IMG/VR virus record: IMGVR_UViG_3300010396_000037
Reading direction: 5' to 3' (one strand)
Length of the DNA stretch: 64,000 bases
From: a virus
Shown here one piece after another: positions 60,571-64,000 of this stretch; the first letter of the stretch is position 1, and the number at the start of each line of letters is the position of its first letter. The notes beneath the pieces were generated by a model. The model was not told the DNA's origin, searched no databases, and was given only the letters and a program-made list of their open reading frames with translations. Made by a program: the position numbers and the translations under genes.

Positions 60571-60646
60571 GCAGGTATAGTTCAATTGGTAGAATGCTTC
60601 CTTGCCAAGGAAGTGGTTGAGGATTCGAGTTCCTCTACCTGCTCCA
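60571..60646 (+). tRNA. tRNA-Gly(GCC)
   Basis: CTTCC-tt GCC aa-GGAAG; TCCA. Confidence 0.92.
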
Positions 60647-60654
60647 AGCTCCAT

Positions 60655-60730
60655 GCGGGAGTCGTCCAATATCTAAGACGCCAGTCAGCTAAAGACTGGA
60701 AATGCTGGTGAAAATCCAGCCCCTGCTCCA
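60655..60730 (+). tRNA. Atypical tRNA with a 6-bp anticodon stem and central CTA (amber-suppressor-like)
   Basis: CCAGTC-ag CTA aa-GACTGG; Gly-like body, TCCA. Confidence 0.6.
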
Positions 60731-60736
60731 AATTAT

Positions 60737-60811
60737 ATGCCGCTAGTGTTAATGGCAGCACACCAAACTCCAAATCTGGTAGTGAGGGTTCGAATCCTTC
60801 GCGGCATGCCA
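60737..60811 (+). tRNA. tRNA-Trp(CCA)
   Basis: ct CCA aa loop; ATGCCGC/GCGGCAT; GCCA. Confidence 0.88.
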
Positions 60812-60880
60812 AATAGCAGAGAAATTCTATGAGTATGTGGGGATAGTTTAATTAGAACACCATTTCTGTGAGGTCATATC

Positions 60881-61603
60881 ATGAGCATAGATAAGTCTAA
60901 GGTCATCAAAATTATTGGCCCAGATTCAATGTGCTTTCAAGTGGATGCACAAACTCTTGAAGCAATCTGTTGTGAATATTATGATCCATGGGCCAAGACT
61001 CACCCAGAAGCTGGTTACAAAGAAACCATTTCATATTTTGAATGGCTTCGCAGACTGGATGAGAGACATGAAAAAGAAAAACAAGAATTCTACCTATCGT
61101 TTAACAAGGATTAATAAATCTTTGCTGAATCACAGTATAATTACTCCTGTTGACAAACTTACTGGAGTGTGTCATGAAAGTTACTGTGTATCTGACTTCT
61201 GGCGCAAAGATTACACTGAAACACGTGGAGAAGTTTGATATCAAGGTCAATAGTGAAGGTGTTTGTACATCATACCAAATGAAGTCCTATGGCGATGTAG
61301 CGCTTTACATCAATCCTTTGCAAATCGTGGCGTTGGTGCGTCATCACCGTTTCCTGGGAATCTTCTGAGGAGAACACCATGTCTTATGCAACTGGCTCCA
61401 AAGAAAACTTCATCACTGTGACCAAAGGAATGTCTGGCAACTTCGCCGTCATGTTCTGGTGGAATCCTGATCTTGGCGGTTTCTGGGAACCTTGGACAAC
61501 TGGTTTTGGTCGTTATGAAACCCAGAAGGAAGCCATTCAAGAAGGAATTGCATGGGCTGAAGCTGAAGAACTTGAATTTGTTGAACCATCCAAAATTGCT
61601 TAA
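60881..61603 (+). CDS. Three small hypothetical genes (60881-61114, 61174-61368, 61379-61603)
   Basis: RBS present; promoter motif at 61101-61141. Confidence 0.6.
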
Positions 61604-61731
61604 CCCAGAATCGCCGACTAATAGGCAGGATCTGAAGCAATTTGATGTGTAAACCACTAATGAAGTTAGGCAAATCCTGCTTCTGACCTGTGGGTATCGG
61701 AGATGAGGTTCATCCGAACATTTTTGTTGTA

Positions 61732-61943
61732 TGGTGAGCTTTGTAGGCTAAATATGCTGATGAACGCGGAGACTTAGCGGCTTGATTCTACTCGGGTGTG
61801 GCAGCATTGTAGTGCACTATGATGCAACGATTGATCATCGTGACTGTTCGTGGGTTTGACTCCCACCATCGGCTTCTACAAAGATAGCAGTTACATGGAG
61901 TGACTGAGGGAATAACACGAGGCGCAATTGCGCGCCTACACCA
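61732..61943 (+). ncRNA. Scaffolded tRNA-like RNA, copy A (giant variable arm, CTA in the anticodon loop)
   Basis: TGGTGAG...TAACACGAGGCG-CGCCTACACCA scaffold enclosing a cloverleaf at 61756-61873. Confidence 0.7.
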
Positions 61944-61959
61944 AAAGGAAAATAAATTT

Positions 61960-62033
61960 GCCCGGTTAGTTTAATAGTAAAATGCCTCTCTTACACGGAG
62001 GATTCGGCGGAGCGTAACCGTCACTGGGTACCA
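61960..62033 (+). tRNA. tRNA-Val(TAC)
   Basis: CCTCT-ct TAC ac-GGAGG; T-loop AGCGTAA; CCA. Confidence 0.85.
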
Positions 62034-62053
62034 ATTTTGTACATGGAGCATAT

Positions 62054-62149
62054 ATGATTACTACAGGTTGGGTCGCTAGAGCGATCATCAGTATGACTCC
62101 TGTTGTTTTAATTGGAATTTTGATTGTCTATGTTGTTTGTAATTTTTAG
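62054..62149 (+). CDS. 31-aa hydrophobic peptide
   Basis: GGAG RBS; MITTGWVARAIISMTPVVLIGILIVYVVCNF. Confidence 0.45.
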   Translation: MITTGWVARAIISMTPVVLIGILIVYVVCNF

Positions 62150-62326
62150 GTGAGTTCTTGAGGTAACAGAATTGACTGTGGGGGTGTAGCTCAACGTTAG
62201 AGCACTGAATGCAAGGAGTGTGGCGCGCGCGATCTCCTTTGGTTCAAGGATGGTGGTTTAACTCCGCCCATCCCCTGCTCAAGAAAACTTAACACGAGGC
62301 GTCAACACACGCCTACACCTAGAAAG
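62143..62326 (+). ncRNA. Scaffolded tRNA-like RNA, copy B (giant anticodon arm)
   Basis: TAGGTGAG...TAACACGAGGCG-CGCCTACACCTA scaffold enclosing a cloverleaf at 62180-62275. Confidence 0.7.
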
Positions 62327-62331
62327 TTTAT

Positions 62332-62443
62332 GCGGTTGTCGGGTAAGCTGGTATCCCTCTGCATCATTTGATGCAGGCTTTAATTCCAATAAACGGTCCG
62401 TGAGGGAATTGAAGTGGTGGTTCGAATCCATCTGACCGCGCCA
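62332..62443 (+). tRNA. Atypical tRNA (undetermined anticodon, ~40-nt variable arm, CCA)
   Basis: GCGGTTG/TGACCGC-GCCA; GGTGG-TTCGAAT-CCATC; CTGCA-tcatttga-TGCAG. Confidence 0.65.
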
Positions 62444-62447
62444 AATT

Positions 62448-62523
62448 GAATTGTTAGTTCAAAGGAAATCAAAGAACACTTCCGCGGAGGGAGGATGTGA
62501 GGTTCGACTCCTTGCACAATTCA
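62448..62523 (+). pseudogene. tRNA-like element with a shrunken anticodon loop, no CCA
   Basis: GAATTGT/ACAATTC; GTTC/GAAC D-stem; AGG-TTCGACT-CCT. Confidence 0.55.
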
Positions 62524-62529
62524 TAAAAT

Positions 62530-62606
62530 GCCCTCGTAGCCCAATTGGTAGAGGCGTCGTCCTTAGAAGTCGAAGGTTGTCGGTTCGAATCCGACCGAGG
62601 GTACCA
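62530..62606 (+). tRNA. tRNA-Leu(TAG) lacking the long variable arm
   Basis: TCGTC-ct TAG aa-GTCGA; 5-nt variable loop; CCA. Confidence 0.82.
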
Positions 62607-62614
62607 AGTTTAAA

Positions 62615-62940
62615 GTAGCATGTTGTAAGATGTAATTTTGTGGCTGATAAGGTACGTTCTTCGGTATCAAGGCACGCTGCACATTACAGTGGTATGGAAT
62701 CACAGGAAGGATAAATCCGATTTGACCGCAGTGAACAACTAATGTCACTCCTGCGGAGGTTGCGAAGTCAGTGTTAAACCCACATATACTGAGAAGAAGC
62801 TGACTTGTGAGTGAAATCCTCACCAAAGCGTTGAAAAATGGTTCGCGACTGTTTGGAGCTTTGTAGATAAATAATCCAACTTGTGATGAAGTTGTTGGGG
62901 GTTCAGATCCCTACCAAAATTACATCTTAGAACATGTTGC
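62615..62940 (+). ncRNA. Unassigned structured RNA (~325 nt) closed by a 26-bp terminal helix
   Basis: GTAGCATGTTGTAAGATGTAATTTTG / CAAAATTACATCTTAGAACATGTTGC. Confidence 0.7.
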
Positions 62941-63121
62941 AGTCTGCACCAGTGCAGACCAACAAGGCTTGAGTCTAGAGCAATATGTGCTTTTAACGTT
63001 TCGTTAACTCGCTTCATAGTATAATAGTCGTTTCCGCCGTGAGGAATGTCAATGCAGACTCTTGACTCTGTCTTCAGGCAAGGCTTGAAGTTGAGAAGTT
63101 GTTGGAAAAGATCAAAGAAGA

Positions 63122-63193
63122 GGCTGTCGGTCTAGAGACCAAGCGGGTTTCATAAACCCACTGAGATTGGAGCGTAACCAATGTCAGCCACCA
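63122..63193 (+). tRNA. tRNA-Met/Ile2(CAT), atypical
   Basis: GGGT-tt CAT aa-ACCC; T-loop AGCGTAA; CCA. Confidence 0.75.
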
Positions 63194-63195
63194 GT

Positions 63196-63270
63196 GCTGT
63201 TATAGTTCAAATGATAGAACGGTGGTTTCGTACTCCACAGAAGAGGGTTTGATTCCTTCTAACAGCACCA
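63196..63270 (+). tRNA. tRNA-Thr(CGT)
   Basis: GCTGTTA/TAACAGC; tt CGT ac; CCA. Confidence 0.85.
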
Positions 63271-63277
63271 AAGTTTC

Positions 63278-63351
63278 GCTCCTATAGTTAAGTGGCATAA
63301 CAGTTGCCTTGTAAGCATCTATCCTCTGTTCGATTCGGAGTGGGAGCACCA
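63278..63351 (+). tRNA. tRNA-Thr(TGT)
   Basis: GCTCCTA/TGGGAGC; ct TGT aa; CCA. Confidence 0.87.
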
Positions 63352-63356
63352 ATTTA

Positions 63357-63393
63357 TCCTCAGAGAGCCTGCTAGTGTGGGCGGTCGGCTGTT
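63357..63393 (+). tRNA. 5' half of a tRNA-Asn(GTT), interrupted after the anticodon
   Basis: TCCTCAG..GCC-tgctagtgtg-GGC-G-GTCGG-CT-GTT, then unrelated AT-rich sequence. Confidence 0.6.
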
Positions 63394-63411
63394 CAAACAC
63401 TAAATATATTC

Positions 63412-64000
63412 ATGGAATGTAAATATTGCAACAAGTCGTTTATCAATAAACAAAAACTAGCAAGTCATGAGAGCAACTCTGCTTGCAATCCTAACAAAAC
63501 GATTTACTGTGCCCACTGCAAGTTTTGCGGTAGAAATTGCTCTCATCTAAATGGCTTACGTTCTCACGAAATCACTTGTATAAACAATCCAAACAGAGTT
63601 AAGGGTAAGAGAGGCGATGGTTGGTACAAAGTAGATAAAACTGCATTTTCTAAAAAATTGAGCGAACGTTACAGAAGTCATGAAACGAACAAATTGATAA
63701 GCGCGACATGTTTAGCAAAAGCGAAATCTGGTAATTGGCATCATGGCGCCGGCAAAAGTAAAAAATACACATACAAAGGATACAAATTCGACTCTACTTG
63801 GGAAGTACAACTTGCTATTTACTGGGATTCGAAAGAAATAAATTGGATTAGAAATTCCGAAACATTTCCTTACTTCTGGAACAAAAAGAACAGATCTTAC
63901 ACTCCCGATTTTCTTTTACCAAACTCAAATACGTACATAGAAGTCAAAGGATACAAAACAGAAAGAGACATTGCAAAATGGTCTTCTTTCCCTGGTAGAC
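63412..64000 (+). mobile_element. Zinc-finger PD-(D/E)XK endonuclease (putative homing endonuclease; 3' truncated, not in the ORF track)
   Basis: Manual translation: MECKYC...SHE...C and CKFCG...SHE..C fingers, then FDSTWE...YTPDF...YIEVKGY; late promoter ACTAAATA at 63399-63406. Confidence 0.85.

Noticed and set aside
60655-61790. Genome-wide TAG recoding suggested by the CTA-loop RNAs
   Set aside because: Conserved genes are full length in the standard code and several end in TAG
57126-62940. RNase P, 6S, SRP or group I intron identity for the large RNAs
   Set aside because: I could not find GAGGAAAGTCC/CGGCTTA, the SRP loop or P7 core motifs by eye; left unassigned
56919-63400. ORF-track entries overlapping RNA genes (e.g. 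57638-58483 -, 59528-59731 +, 60508-60711 +, 62563-62826 -, and 35286-35492 over tmRNA)
   Set aside because: Shadow ORFs of tRNA/tmRNA sequence with no RBS or protein motifs
1-64000. CRISPR array or cas operon (the 16310 nuclease is Cas4-like)
   Set aside because: No regularly spaced repeats; the nuclease is the usual phoH-adjacent phage exonuclease

Overview
This 64-kb window is part of a large, AT-rich, T4-like lytic myovirus genome, and nearly all genes are on the + strand. Head module (1-6.1 kb): a 5'-truncated repeat protein, then gp21 protease, gp22 scaffold and gp23 capsid. Lysis, replication and nucleotide genes: a spanin pair, gp61 primase, NrdA, PhoH, a PD-(D/E)XK exonuclease, a SleB-like hydrolase, ThyX, glutaredoxin, dUTPase, a glycosyltransferase and gp32. 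RNA repair: Rnl1, PseT/Pnkp, a DRB0094-type ligase and a metallophosphoesterase. Accessory region: two DUF932 paralogues and many small genes behind a repeated TTAAC-N4-GTTAA...TATAAT promoter. Also present are a circularly permuted (two-piece) tmRNA next to a GIY-YIG endonuclease and a fibre/virion module (45-54 kb). The last ~7 kb is an RNA-gene array with ~23 recognisable tRNAs, many with non-canonical T or anticodon loops, interleaved with large structured RNAs. Best leads: (i) two copies of an RNA scaffold (GGTGAG...TAACACGAGGCG-loop-CGCCTACACC), each enclosing a CCA-less tRNA-like domain with a grossly expanded arm; (ii) the two-piece tmRNA; (iii) a tRNA-Asn 5' half interrupted at the anticodon by a zinc-finger PD-(D/E)XK nuclease gene; (iv) two ~310-330 nt unassigned structured RNAs; (v) a probable gp21-cleaved polyprotein. 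All calls were made by eye from motifs and base-pairing; no searches or folding programs were run.
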